From Leucoraja ocellata (lineage: Eukaryota): a DNA stretch of 64,000 nt. The notes under the pieces are model-generated. The model saw only the letters and a list, made by a program, of their open reading frames with translations, was not told where the DNA came from and searched no databases. Each line of letters starts with the position of its first letter. Within the stretch, counting starts at the first letter, position 1. Below are positions 24,826 through 37,289 of the stretch, in pieces. The position numbers and the translations under genes were made by a program. The DNA lies in assembly GCA_036785375.1 (NCBI GenBank), contig JAWMAR010000005.1, positions 310,001-374,000 on the forward strand, in the 5' to 3' direction.

Positions 24826-27800
24826 TAGACCTCTGATCATTTTTCCAAAGCACTACCTCACTGACACGTCAGTCACTTGCTCTATTTCCCAAGAGTAGGT
24901 TAAGCCCTGCCTTCTCCATAGCAGAGTCCTCTATTATGTGTGGTGAAACCATTCTGAACACATTCAACACATTCCATCCCATCTAAGCCTTTAAAACTAT
25001 TGCAGTCCCGGCCTATATTAGGAAGGTTAAAATATCATGCTTTGAATTGGGAAAAACTATGATCCAAAATGCTTATATTGCAATTTCATTGGTAAGTGGA
25101 GAACCACTTAAGATTACTTTGGAAATTGATAAGCAGAATAAAATGTATCTTTGGAAAAATAACAATTCAAATGGAATAATGGAACAGCACTGCCCTCTGG
25201 TGGTAATGGGGATACCTGCCACAGATCCATATCTCTTCCAATTCACAGCACTTTACCTTTAACCTTATGGGTGAGAATAGAACGGTTTGGGCTGGTAGCA
25301 GGGAGGCCGGGATGTTGACTCCAGCACTTTCAGGGTCAGCTGCAGTAAGTGTTCCCTGAGACACAGAGACGGATGGGCGAGGAGAGGGACTTTGGTCAGT
25401 GGGCTGAGCTGTTTGAGGGTGATGGAGAATCTTGAATAAAAAAACCATTGAACCATCCTCAACATTCACCCACTCCACCACAGGTACACAGTAGCAGTGG
25501 ATTGTAGCATCTTCAGGATACATTGCAGCAACTCGTCAAGACTCCTTCTACAGCACCTGCCAAACCCTGGACCTTTCAATCTCTCCCAGATAGAAGGACA
25601 AGGGCAGCAAAAGCATGGGAACGCCACCCACCTAGAAGTTGTGTTCCAATCCACACATCATCCTGACCTGGAAAAATAACGATGTTCCTTCACCATTGCT
25701 GGTTCAACAACTTAGAACTCTCTCTCCCTCATAGCATTGTGGGTGTACATTGATTAGTACAGGTGAAAGGGGCGATGAGGAGAAGGCAGGAGAATGGGGG
25801 TTGAGGGGAAGAGAATAGATCAGCCATGATTGAATGGTGGAGTAGTCTTGATGGGCCAAATGGCCTAATTCTGCTCCGATCACTTATGACGTTATGACCT
25901 CCAGGATCATAGTGTTCAGCTCTTTTCAAGGGCAATGAGGGATGGTTAATAAAAAGTTATCTCAGCCTCCAAAGCCCTCATCCCTTCACTGAGTGAAATA
26001 AGAAATAGTTCATAATTTAGGAAGGTTTGATTTAATTAATCCATGTCAACATGATCTTATTTTGTGTGTATTCTTTTGTATTTTTTGAGGATGTTACGAG
26101 CAGAGGGGAGGGAGGAGACCCTGTAGATAGAGAGTATTTACATTTCTAAAGGCATTTGACACTAAAGATGGTGCACATTGTATTACAGGGTGAATTTTAG
26201 GAAGGATTTAAAGCTGGTCCTCAAATAGAAAACAGGAAGTTGGCATAAGTGGGCTTTAATCATGTTGGATGTAATTGGGCAGCACAGTGGCACAGCTGGT
26301 AGAGATACTGCCTCACAGTGTCAGAGACCTGGATTTGATCCTGACCTCGGGTACTGTCTGTGTGGAGTTTGTACGTTCTCCCTGAGACTGCGTGGGTTTC
26401 TTCTGGGTGTTCCAATTTCTTCCCACATCCCAAAGACATGCGGGATTGCAGATTAGGCAGGGGGGGACAGAGATAGAATGTAGTCAGAGACAGTTAGACT
26501 GGTGGGAGAACTGGGAAGGGGGAGGGGATGGAGAGAGAGGGTGGATGATGAGATGTTTTCACCAAAGGGAAAATCTCAATCAAGGGGACACAGTTTCAAG
26601 GTCAGAGAGTGATTTTTAAAGCTGAGGAATGCACTATTCTCACATAGGGTGGTGAATGTTTTTACCATGGAGAGTTGCAGAGGCCAGATTATTTAAAGTA
26701 GATGTCGGAGAAGGTTTGAATGTGTGCGGGATTGAGAGCGGTGGTCAGATTATATTGAATGGTGGGGCAGGATTGAGGGGCCATGTGGCGTACTGCTGCT
26801 CCAATATTCTTGTGTTTGCTTGCATTGGGTCTCATCTTTGGAGGGTAGTAAACTGTTCTGTCCCAGTTATCTTTTCTCAAGTCCAGTGTCGTAGTGGTAG
26901 AGCTACTGCCTTGCAGCACCAGAGGCCCAGGCTCGATCCTTGTCTGTATGGAGTTTGTACGTTCTCCCCGTGACCTGCGTGGGTTTTCTTCAAGATCTTT
27001 GGTGTCCTCCCACACTCCAAAGATGTACAGGTTTGTAGGGTAATTGTCTTGGTCTAAATGGGAAGTTGTCCCCAGTGTGCGTGGAGTAGTGTTAATGAGC
27101 AGGGATCGCTGGTCGGCATGGGCCGAAGGACCTGTTTTCGCGCTGTATCTTAAAAACTAAAAAAATAACACCGTCTCTTTCCATTTCCGATCTTAGCACC
27201 ACTTCTCCTTTGCTTCTTAACGTTGCTCCATGCTAATACTTAAGTGACACATCACACCCTTCCTTTGATAATCTATGAAACATTGCTCCTTATCGGTAAT
27301 GATATTAAGAAACACCAGAATCACTTTTATGTATGTTTATGCATGGTATTTAAAACATCAATAACATCTGCTCAAAGAACGAGTGTCATGTCTTTACCAC
27401 AATGACATGTAGGACTCAGAAATGCTGCAGCTGCAGGGCTATTTGACCTGCCTCACTAACTCTGGAAAGGGTGTAGGAGTGATTTACAAAGGAGGTTGAT
27501 GGGATTGTAAGGTATGAGTTATACGGAGAGATTGGATATGTTGGGATTGTTTTTCTAGAGGACAGGAGGAGCATAGATAAGGTTCACACGCCCCAAAATC
27601 TGGGAAATGTAAAACTAGAGGGCAAAGTTTTAAGGTAAGAGGGGAAAAATAATTAAAAGGGTTTTGAGCGGCAAGTTAATCAAGCAGAGGGTGGTGAGTG
27701 TGTGGAGCACAGTGCCAAAGGAAATGGTAGAAGTGGGTATGACCGCAATGTTTCAAGTTAAGCAGGTCCATGGATAGTAATGGTTTTGAGGATATGGGCC

Positions 27801-28462
27801 AAATACAGGGAAATGGGACTTGCTGAGATAAGCACCCTGGTGGGTATGGACGAGTTGGCGGAAGGACCTGTGTCTGGGCTATTTCACTTTATGAATCTAT
27901 GACAATTACATTCCCATTGGCCGTGATGTGATGAAATGTCTCCAAACGGGACCTTGAGCAGCTCGGTCTCGATGACCTTTCACCTTTTGATCTCCACCCG
28001 CCGCCAGGAAGGATGTTGCTTTGGATTGAGTTCTCTTGTCTCACACCATCGGATAGCCGTTGGAGAACCAAAGGAGGCCACCGTTGAGCGAGGAAGGCTG
28101 CCAAGAACAGGGTAAAACAGGGGGACTAGGTGGAGGGGGCCACTGAGAATGAAGGGGGACCCGGCAGAGGGGGAGGGGGGAGGTAGAAGATAGGACTGTT
28201 CGGTGAACTTTTGTAACTTTGACGGTGCCAAAAACATGGCCACACTTGTGTACTGCCCAGGTGAGGTCCGATGTATGATTTTACTGGGTTGTCTGCAAAA
28301 CAAAGCATTTCACAGTACCTAGGTGCATGAGACAACAATGTATAATTGAAATGGAATATCTGGGCCTTAAAACGTTGCACATCTGATGTGTTTGCCTGTG
28401 CAGAAATCCATCCAAGCTTCCTTTATCCAGACGAGACTGCAGAGACAGATTCCAGCTGTGGT

Positions 28463-28488
28463 TCAGATGTAGGACGTGCGTTTACTAC
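28463..28488 (-). CDS. Gene B terminal coding exon (GSKRTSYI-stop) followed by 3' UTR
   Basis: Acceptor tttaagcag. The phase-1 join gives G-S-K, identical to the paralogous terminal exon at 12938. The downstream UTR (28380-28462) aligns with 12950-13030. Confidence 0.72.
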
Positions 28489-28549
28489 CTGCTTAAACAA
28501 AATTAAACAGAAAGTATTTACGTAAAACAAACAAGCAAAGAATGTTAGT

Positions 28550-28778
28550 TACTCAAAAATGCTGGAGAAACTCAGCGGGCGCAGCAGCATCTATGGAGCG
28601 AAGGAAATAGGCAACGTTTCGGGCCGAAACCCTTCCTCAGACGAAGAAGGGCCTGAAGAAGGGTTTTGGCCCGAAACGTTGCCTATTTCCTTAGCTCCAT
28701 AGATGCTGCTGCACTGGCTGAGTTTCTCCAGCATTTTTGTGTACCTTCGATTTTCCAACATCTGTAGTTCCTTCTTAA
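28550..28778. mobile_element. Palindromic Penelope-derived/MER6-like insertion with hammerhead-like cores
   Basis: About 85-bp inverted repeat arms. 17-bp TSD AAGCAAAGAATGTTAGT at 28533-28549 and 28779-28795. CTGANGA-stem-GAAAC motif on both strands. Confidence 0.7.
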
Positions 28779-30431
28779 AAGCAAAGAATGTTAGTGTCTG
28801 TTTAAGGTTTCCCAACCAAAAACATCCCCTCTCCAAGTTCTCCAGAGGTTTCCTGACCCGCTGAGCTACTCCAGCACTCTGTGTCTGCCAACGTGTTAGT
28901 TAACGTCGGTTCGAGACATTGCCTAAACCGTTCCATCGAGTGTCTAAACACAGAGGTTGGGTCTCAGGGCTGTGTGGCCTCTGCTGCTCCTGAGCCTGGT
29001 GTGTGGCCAGGTACAAGGAACGAGTTCACATGGCCAGTCCTCACCACTGCCCTGGGCTGCTGCTGGTTGCAAGGGACATGGGCGGAAGCGGCCTTGACTA
29101 GAGGCTCAATCAGCAACCCTCAACGCCGGTGTTAGGGCAGTGGACCTACACCATAGAGCAGTGAACACTCTGTGTCAAGGGGAGGCAAAGTGGATGTGAA
29201 GAACAGGCCATTCGACCCTCACGTCTCTCCTGTTATTTGATCAACTGACTGACTTATCTCAACTCCAATCACCCATCTCTGTCCACATCTGAAACTCAAA
29301 CCCAACGAAAATCAATTTTTGGTCAATGCTGGAATTTCTGATTATCTGGGAGAGGGATGCACATTCCCACTGAGTCATAATGGTGCCTAGCATGGAAACA
29401 GGCCCTTCGGCCCAACCTCTCAATGCTGAACAAGTTGCCTACCTGATCAACCTACCAGCATGTGGCCCATATCCCACTGAAAATGTAGGATCCATGGATC
29501 TATGTTTGAAACATTGTAATTGCACACTTCTCTTCCACTTTGGCTGTTAGTACCAAATACCCATCAGCCTCTGTTGCCCCGCAAATCTCATTTAAGTCTT
29601 TCCCATCTCTGTTAAATTTATGCCCTCTAGTTTTAAACTCTCTTCTGGAGAAAAACAATGTTACAATTCACCTTATCCATTAACCACCATAATGTCACCT
29701 CAAAGTCTCCTACACTAATGAAAGCAGCCTCAGACTATCCAGCTTTTCCTTGTAAGTCAAGCCTTCAAGTCCTGCTAACATTGATGTGAATCTTTTCTTC
29801 ACTCTTTCCAATTTAATATCATCCTTCCTTTACTTGGATGATCAGAACTGTTCACCGTACTCCAAGTGCGGTCTTACCAATGTCGTGCACAATTGTAACA
29901 TCCTAACACTTGTCCTCACCAACTCACAAATGAAGGCATACATGCAACCTTGTCAAACTGAGTCACCACTTTCAGAAATAATGTGTTCTATATTTCTGTG
30001 CTAAAACACTCTGAAGGTTTACCATTGAATGTAATGCCTGCCTTTGTGTAATTTACCAAAATTCAACACTTTATACTTTTCCGAGTTAAATTAGAAACGT
30101 AGAAAATAGGTGCAGGAGTAGCCCATTCGGCCCTTCGAGCCAGCACCGCCATACAATTTGATCATGGCTGATCATCCAGAATCAGTACCCTGTTCCTGCT
30201 TTCTTCCCATATCCCTTGACTCCATTAGCCCTAAGAGCCGTATCTAACTCTCTCTTCAATACATCCAGTGAATTGACCTCCACTGCCTTCCGTGGCAGAG
30301 AATTCCACAGATTCACAATTCTCAGGGTGAAAAAGTTTTTGTTCATCTCAGTCCTAAATGGCCAAAACTATGACGCCTGGTTCTGGACTCCCCCAACATG
30401 GGGAACATTTTTCCTGCATTCTAGTGAATAT

Positions 30432-30570
30432 CTTCTTCTTCTTTTGTGTGGCGTGCACAGCCTAAAGTTGTTGGATAACTTGTTCTATTTGATCTTCCGT
30501 TTGTGCACGTCGAGTTGATTGCATTAGTCGAAACCGGGCGAATCACATGAAGGTTGCAACCTTCCACCCC
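30432..30570 (-). mobile_element. Short retroposon with degenerate HDV-like ribozyme, copy 2
   Basis: TSD CTAGTGAATAT at 30421-30431 and 30572-30582, (GAA)n tail, homologous to 11843-11970. Confidence 0.7.
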
Positions 30571-32038
30571 ACTAGTGAATATAAGCCCAGTAGACCCATT
30601 CTTTCATCATATGTCAGTCCCGCCATTGTATCTACCAGTCTTTGGCCCACTTTCCTGGTTGATCTAGATATTGTTGTTTTCTTAACTAACTTTTTTGAAT
30701 TATCCATTCACTTTGCTGTAATCCACAATCTTATTAACCTTTCCACCTACATTCTCATCCAAATCGCTAATATAGATGATGACCAACAGTAGACTCAGCA
30801 CCAATCCCTACAATGGTCACTGGACTCCAATCTGAAAAGCAACCCTCCACCATCAGCATCTGACCTGCCACCAAGCCAATTTTGTATCCAATTGGCTAGC
30901 TTGCCCGAGATCCCTTGTGATGTAATCTTCTGGGCCGGCTTTCCGTGGGGGATCTTGTCAATGGCCTTGCTAAATTCCATGCAGATAATGTGCACTGTAC
31001 CAAACTAAACTAAGTCTCCTGACATCACCCTGAAGAAGTGGGCTCTAATGTTGTTGCACCCTTGTGTTCTGGACTCATAGCCACTCCAGTGGCGTCATTC
31101 TCTCCAGCATAAAGAACCCACTAAAATGTTTACCCACTTCAGTAAGATCACAATTTCACCGTCTAAACTGAAGGAACTTAATCCAATTTGTGACGATTTG
31201 CCCAGATAATTGAAACCTGCTGCGTCCTGACAGTAGTTCAGGTACAAATGCTCAAAACAAAGATCTTGGAGAAGGCAGATGCCCTCTCCTTGAAATCACT
31301 GTGAACGATCACTGACGTTCATGGAGCAGGATGTGGACTGGGATTGTGAGCATTACCTTGATCACTACCTTCCAACCCAAACAATTCATGGAACAGCTGT
31401 TGGAAAGGTCAGAGACAATGGGCGGCACGGTGGCACAGTGGTATAACTACTGCTTTACAGTGCCAGAGACCCGGGTTCGATCCTGTCTATGGTGCTGTCT
31501 GTACAGAGTTTGTACGTTCTCGCTGTGACCTGCGTGGGTTTTATTCCAAGATCTTTGGTTTCCTCCCACACATCCTAGATGTACAGGTTTGTGGAATAAT
31601 TGGCTTGGTGTAAATGTGAACTGTCACTAGTGTGTATGGGATAGTATTAATGTGCAGGGATCGCTGGTCGGCGCGGAGTCAGTGGGACGAACAGCCTGTT
31701 TCCGCGCTGTATCTCTAAACTAAACTAAACTAAATAGCTTGTTTAATCCTAAAACCAATGTGAGATAATGAATTAAAAATATAATTGCACTGGTTCCCTT
31801 CTCCTGGATTAGATACCGAACATTACCAGAATTGCAATGATGTATTTTCCTAACTAAATGATCTGACTCGATGATGGGTGTTAATTTACTCTCTACACCA
31901 AACCCGTTATCAGACTGAGCTCCTTTGGGCCCACCTTCATGCTGGTTGTTCCTGTCTGAAGCTTCCCTGCAGTCTCGCCATATCTGCACAGGTAACAGAT
32001 ATCATATGGTGCAACAGTCAACAGTTACTGGAACGTAC

Positions 32039-32081
32039 CTTGGATATGACCGTAGATGGACTGAGTGGGTCTTTGCAAATC
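32039..32081 (-). CDS. Gene B cytoplasmic exon 3 (completes ITAM YMDL-QRPTQSI-YGHI)
   Basis: Acceptor ccgctag, donor G|gtacgt, 43 nt. Encodes DLQRPTQSIYGHIQ(G). Read-through without splicing gives GTFQ-stop at 32025-32027. Confidence 0.85.
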
Positions 32082-32171
32082 CTAGCGGAAAACACAGAAA
32101 TGTTGGAAACAGCAGCTTGGCAACTCGTGCTCAGTGAAATGCTTCAGAGTCCTAAACGTCACATTTCTTAC

Positions 32172-32213
32172 CATGTAGATGGTGTTTGGATCTGCCTGGT
32201 GATCTCCTGAATT
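32172..32213 (-). CDS. Gene B cytoplasmic exon 2 (first ITAM tyrosine)
   Basis: Acceptor gttgtag, donor gtaaga, 42 nt, phase 0-0. Encodes NSGDHQADPNTIYM. Paralog at 7417-7458. Confidence 0.85.
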
Positions 32214-32829
32214 CTACAACACAACACAATCGAACTGTTACTTTGGTCAATAGAGACACAAGGAACTGCAGATTATGGAATCTTACATGGAATTATGGAA
32301 CATGGATAATTCAGCAGGTCAGACAGCATCTCTGGATGACATGGAGAGGTGACGTTTCAGATCAGGGTCCTTCTTCAGGCTGATTGTAGTAGGGAGCAGA
32401 AAGCTTGAAAAGAGGTGGGAGCAGGACTAAGCCTGGCAAGTGATAGGTAGATACAGGTCAGGTGTCTTTTGATTGACAGATGAGCGGACAAAGGCTAGAG
32501 ATGAAAAGGAGACAATAGGGTGAGAAAAAGGGAAAATAGGAGACAAAAAGGACACAAGGATACAAAGTAACTCAGTAGGTCAGAGAGCATCTCTGGAGAA
32601 CATGGGTAGCTGATATTTCAGCTCGAGACCCTTCTTTAGACTCAAGGACACAAGGAATGTCAGGTAAGGAGGGAAGAGGTGAGATACATTAGTGAAACGT
32701 AAGCAATAAAAGTGAAAGAGGAAGGGAGATAAAAGAGGGCGGAATAATGGGAAAAATGATCAGGCATTAAGGTGGAAGGATACGGGAAAGGGAGATGGGG
32801 CGGGGGGTCATCAAAAAGGAAGGTGCTTA

Positions 32830-33520
32830 ACAAAATTGGAGAATTTACCGTTCATACTGTTGGGTTGTTAGCCACACAAGTAGAATATGTGGTGTTGTTC
32901 CACTGGTTTGTGTGTGGCTTCACTCTGGCAATGGAGGAGACCCAAGCAGAAGCATCGGGATGGGAACAAGAGTTGAAATCTTCTCAACAAGGAGTTACAG
33001 CAGGTCTTGGGAGACTGAGCATGAAACAACCGCTTAGTCTATGCCTGGTCTCACCGAGATAAAGTAAACCATGTTGGGAGCAAATGTAGTAGATGAGGTT
33101 ATAGCATCCGCTGTGATACTCTGCTTCACCTGGAAGGGCTGCTAGGGTCACAAGATGGAAGTGAGGGAGGAAATTTAGGGACAGGTGTCTCCTATGGTTT
33201 TGGTTGGCGAGGGATGAGTGAAGCAAATAATTGCAGAGGGAGCAACCTCTGCAGAAGGTGCAATGGGTGGAGATGCGAAGATATGACTGTTGGTAGAATC
33301 ACCTTGGAGGTAACGGAAATATTGCAGGATGTTATACTGGATGCAAAGTTGGTGGGGTGAAAGGTGAGGAACAGGGATCTTTATCCTTCTTCCGTCTGTA
33401 GGAATAAGGGGTGAGATCAGAACTGCTGGACACAGAAGAGACATGGGCGTGGGAACAAGAGACGGGGGAACAAGACATTTGAAGAGACGTTGGTGAGGCA
33501 GGGCCAAACAGATACAATGG
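32830..33520 (-). mobile_element. Penelope-like element remnant (GIY-YIG endonuclease)
   Basis: ORF segment LIYYICSQHGLLYLGETRHRL; pLTR-like repeats nearby (32300-32640). Confidence 0.7.
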
Positions 33521-34828
33521 GTTTGTCAAGACAGTCTTACTTGTGCTTGTACTTTGGTCAATAGGTTTAGGTTGAAGTGTAATATCATCATGTGTATCGA
33601 GGTGCAGTGAAAAGCTTTGTTTCACATACTATTCAATTAACCAGATAATACTATACATCAATATAATCGTCAAACTCACAAACAATATGTTGATCAGATG
33701 GAAAGGTACAGGTGCTGAATATAGTTCTCAGCATTTATAGTTCTCAACATTGTAGTGAACGAGTTCTATAGACAAAGACCAAAATCTGCCATAGGGTAGA
33801 GGTGAATCTGCCAGTACCCTATAAAGGACCATTCAGAAGCCTGATGACGGAGGAAGAAGTTCCTAAAGGGCCTGTCAAGCTTGATGAAAAATGTCCACGA
33901 GTAAAAAAGGTCGTGAATTAGGTTGTGAAAGTAGGACAGGCCCTTAAATCTGGTGATGTGTGCTTTAAACGTTTGTATCTTCTGCGGAATGGGAATGAGG
34001 AGAAGAAGAAATTATGTGGTGGGATGTCTTTGATTATATTGGATGCTTTTCCAAAACGATATGAAGTGTGGATGGAGTCAATAGTGGGAAGTCTGGTCTG
34101 TTTCCCAATCTCTGAAACTCACAGTCAGTTTGTGGTAGAACAACTGAAGGGTGGGAGGAAATATATCAGAGCCGAGGTTCTGAAATATTGGAGAGGAATT
34201 CACTAATTGTTCAGGAGAACAAGTGCTGAGTATTTTCAGCATGATGATGAGAGATGTTAGAACTACACTCATAAGAATAATATAATGTCTCCACACACAC
34301 TGCATGGGAATAGGAACAGCAAGCACATACATACACACCACATATTTCATGTCATGGAGGATTCAGCCGTCTCATGGGGAGTGTCCTTTGAAAGGATTCT
34401 GAGACCATGTTAAACCTGCCGTTTATATGGATATACACTCCATGGAGTTTGGAATGGAAGTTATCAGACAACAATTGAAGCAGTTGAGCTAATGGTGGAG
34501 CTAATGGCCAAATGTTTGGCCAGAGAGGAAGGTTCTAAATAGACTAAAGCAGGAGAGGTCCAGAGGTTGAGCTCCTCTCAGCTGAAGCTGAACCATCAGA
34601 CGGGTTGTGAGACGTGGCAGTGTGTTCTCACTGCTCACGAGCAGTGCAAGTCCCACTCTCCATTGACCAATCCACCATGTACATTTACAAATCATAAAGA
34701 CATTGCGACAATACTCAATGATTAACAAAGACGGTGGAATAAATACCTGATGGGAAGCTAATAGCACACCATAAGGGAGAGGGATCCCAGCACAGGTCTG
34801 CTTATCCCAGAAAACTATTAGAACTCAC

Positions 34829-34902
34829 CGGGACATTTCTTGCCACGGAAATGTTTTCATAATCTGCTCCTGGGGTCTGATCATCAGCCGCTCCGGACTG
34901 GG
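34829..34902 (-). CDS. Gene B cytoplasmic exon 1 (ADYENI tyrosine motif)
   Basis: Acceptor ttcacag, donor gtgagt, 74 nt, phase 1-0. Encodes (T)QSGAADDQTPGADYENISVARNVP. Paralog at 4243-4316. Confidence 0.85.
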
Positions 34903-35069
34903 CTGTGAAAAAGAGAACAAGGTCTCAGCAAGAGCAGCCTTGGAGCTGTGAATCCCACTTTGCTGCCCAACAGCATAATGACGGCTCTTTGACAATCGGA
35001 ACCACCCTTTCCAATTTCACTAATTCCACACAGCGATTGGATCAGACTGAATGATCTAGTTACACATAC

Positions 35070-35204
35070 TGGACTGGTGGCTTCCAGAAGCTCTGCATCT
35101 GATGAGGCAAATGGCTCCAGTAACAGCAAGAACTCCCAGCACCAAAGGTAGAATGATCCAGGCAAGGTACATCATCACAACTTGATTCTCCTTTGTTTGA
35201 GAAA
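35070..35204 (-). CDS. Gene B stalk/transmembrane exon
   Basis: Acceptor tttgcag, donor gtatgt, 135 nt. Encodes (I)SQTKENQVVMMYLAWIILPLVLGVLAVTGAICLIRCRASGSHQS: hydrophobic helix, basic stop-transfer, no charged TM residue. Same length as the paralogous exon 2573-2707. Confidence 0.88.
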
Positions 35205-36622
35205 CTGCAAATAAATCACATCATTGGGTCAACATCGGGGGAAAGTAATATCAGTGCAGAAGGAAGCCATTTGGCCCATTGTTCTGTGCCAACTCTTTGA
35301 AAGAGTGGTCCACTGATCCTAACCCACTTATTTCCCCGGAGTCCTGCAATAGGTTCTCACTGGAATTTATCCAATTTCTGGTGGAATGTTGCTATTCAAC
35401 ATGCGTCCACCAGCTGACCCAACTGGCCACTGAATAAAGCACAGTCCCCAGAGGCACCCTGTTCCTTCAACCTTCATTGACCATTCTGATATAAATGTAC
35501 TGTGATAAATGAAGGAAGGGGAGCACCGAGTGTTCACAAACCAGTGAGTTTACCTGGCCATGTATTGGAATGCATTCAAATTAGCCAAATAAGCATTAAT
35601 TTGGAAATCATTGAGTGTCAGCAAGATTTGACCCTGGAGCTTGAATTGGGTTTCGCTGTAACAGTGCAGAGGTGACACACAGAGAGGTCAGAGCAGCAGC
35701 GGGAGAGGGGATCAGAGTGGTGACATCAGGAAGCTCAAGGTCACTCCTGTAGATGGAGTGGAAATACTCCACAAAGCATTCACTCTATGTGTATAGAAAG
35801 GAACTGCAAATGCTGGTTTATACCGCCTACATGCACAAAGTGCTGGAGTAAGTCAGTGGGTAAGGCAGCATCTCTGGATAAATCGGGTGGGTGACGTTTT
35901 AATGTGGTCCAGCACAACCCGTGTTTAGACCTTGCACTGTTACTGTGTCTGATGAAGGGTCGCTGACCCAAAACGTCACCCATCCTTTTTCTCCAGAGAT
36001 GCTGGTTGACACACTCCAAATTTGGCTGAACCAAAATTGTATACAGATACAACAAGATCTGCTTACATTAACCCTTAACACCTTGACCACAGAAGGCAAG
36101 TTTGCTGGAGAGTCTTTTATTACCTTACCTACTTGAATAGCACTTTTAGGGAGACATGGACTTGCACCCCACGATGCATGTATGTGTCCTGCCAACCCTG
36201 CCTGCATTCAATGGTATTAGCTATAAGGCACAGTTGGATAAGCTTGGAGTATCAGATACTGAGGTGTGTTCCTATACAAATATATAAATTTTAAAGAGGT
36301 ATAGATAGAGTAGATGTAGTTGGGGTACGTTGGTCGGCGTGAACAAGTTTGGCCGAAAGGCCTGTCTCCATGCTCTTTGACTCTATGTGTATTTCTCTGC
36401 CCAATATTGCAGGGTCTTAGAACTTCCTAAATTTTAAATGCATTAGAAGAAAGCATAAATAAATTCAGATAAACAAAAGATTGTATACATCATATTTTTT
36501 AAAACACTGAAATGCATCATAGGTTAAACATTAAATTAATTTGTAAAACTGCAGTCCCAGCCCTTGCATGTTCCATATCTACACTAACAGAGATCGTTTA
36601 GTATTGTGTAAACTGAACTTAC

Positions 36623-36967
36623 TAGTGACATTGACCTGTGTTCCATTCCCTCTGATATCTCCCCACACTGTGCAGTAATAGACGGCAGAGTCATTGAGCA
36701 TCACGTTTGTGACCGTCAGGATGAAGGTGCTGTTGGAGGCGTCTTTGAACGGCTGGAACCGCTCAGTGAAGCCTGGTTTCGTTCGTACGCTGCCTCCTGC
36801 CTCGTGTGTTAAAACCCACTCCATGTCCTGCCCGGGTAGTTCTCGATACCAGTGGACGTCAGTGTTTCTCACTTCAGCGTTCTTCATGGAGCAATGTAAC
36901 CGTGCCGTGTGACCCTCAGTGACACGGTCCAGCCTCGGGAATTGGATCAGGATTGGAGGATTTGCAT
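36623..36967 (-). CDS. Gene B exon: Ig V-set domain 3 (V-J type), membrane-proximal
   Basis: Acceptor cccttaaag, donor gtaagt, 345 nt, phase 1-1. About 19 nt differences from V2 by manual count. Ends YYCTVWGDIRGNGTQVNVT. Confidence 0.9.
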
Positions 36968-37289
36968 CTTTAAGGGAAGATATCAATAGGTTATCATTGG
37001 AATATAAGGGTTGCTAGAAATTATTTAAAACAGTGGCGCAGTGGTAGAGTTACTGCCTTGCAGTGCCACAGACCCGTGTTTTATTCTGACTATGAGTGAT
37101 GGCTGTATGGAGTTTGCACATTCTCCCTGGGGATGTGTGGGTTTCCTCCAGGTGTTCCGGTTTCCCCACACATCCCAAGGACGGGCTAATTGGCTTCTAT
37201 AAATTGTCCCGAGTGTGTAGGTTATAATCAGTGTACGGGTGATCGCTGGTCGGCGTGGAATCGGCGAATCGAAGGGTCTGTTTCCATGT

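Noticed and set aside
36666-36672. Perfect RSS heptamer CACAGTG right after the second Cys codon of V3
   Set aside because: It is coding sequence (C-T-V). No convincing nonamer lies at 12 or 23 nt, and V2 has CACAGTT. No evidence of V(D)J rearrangement.
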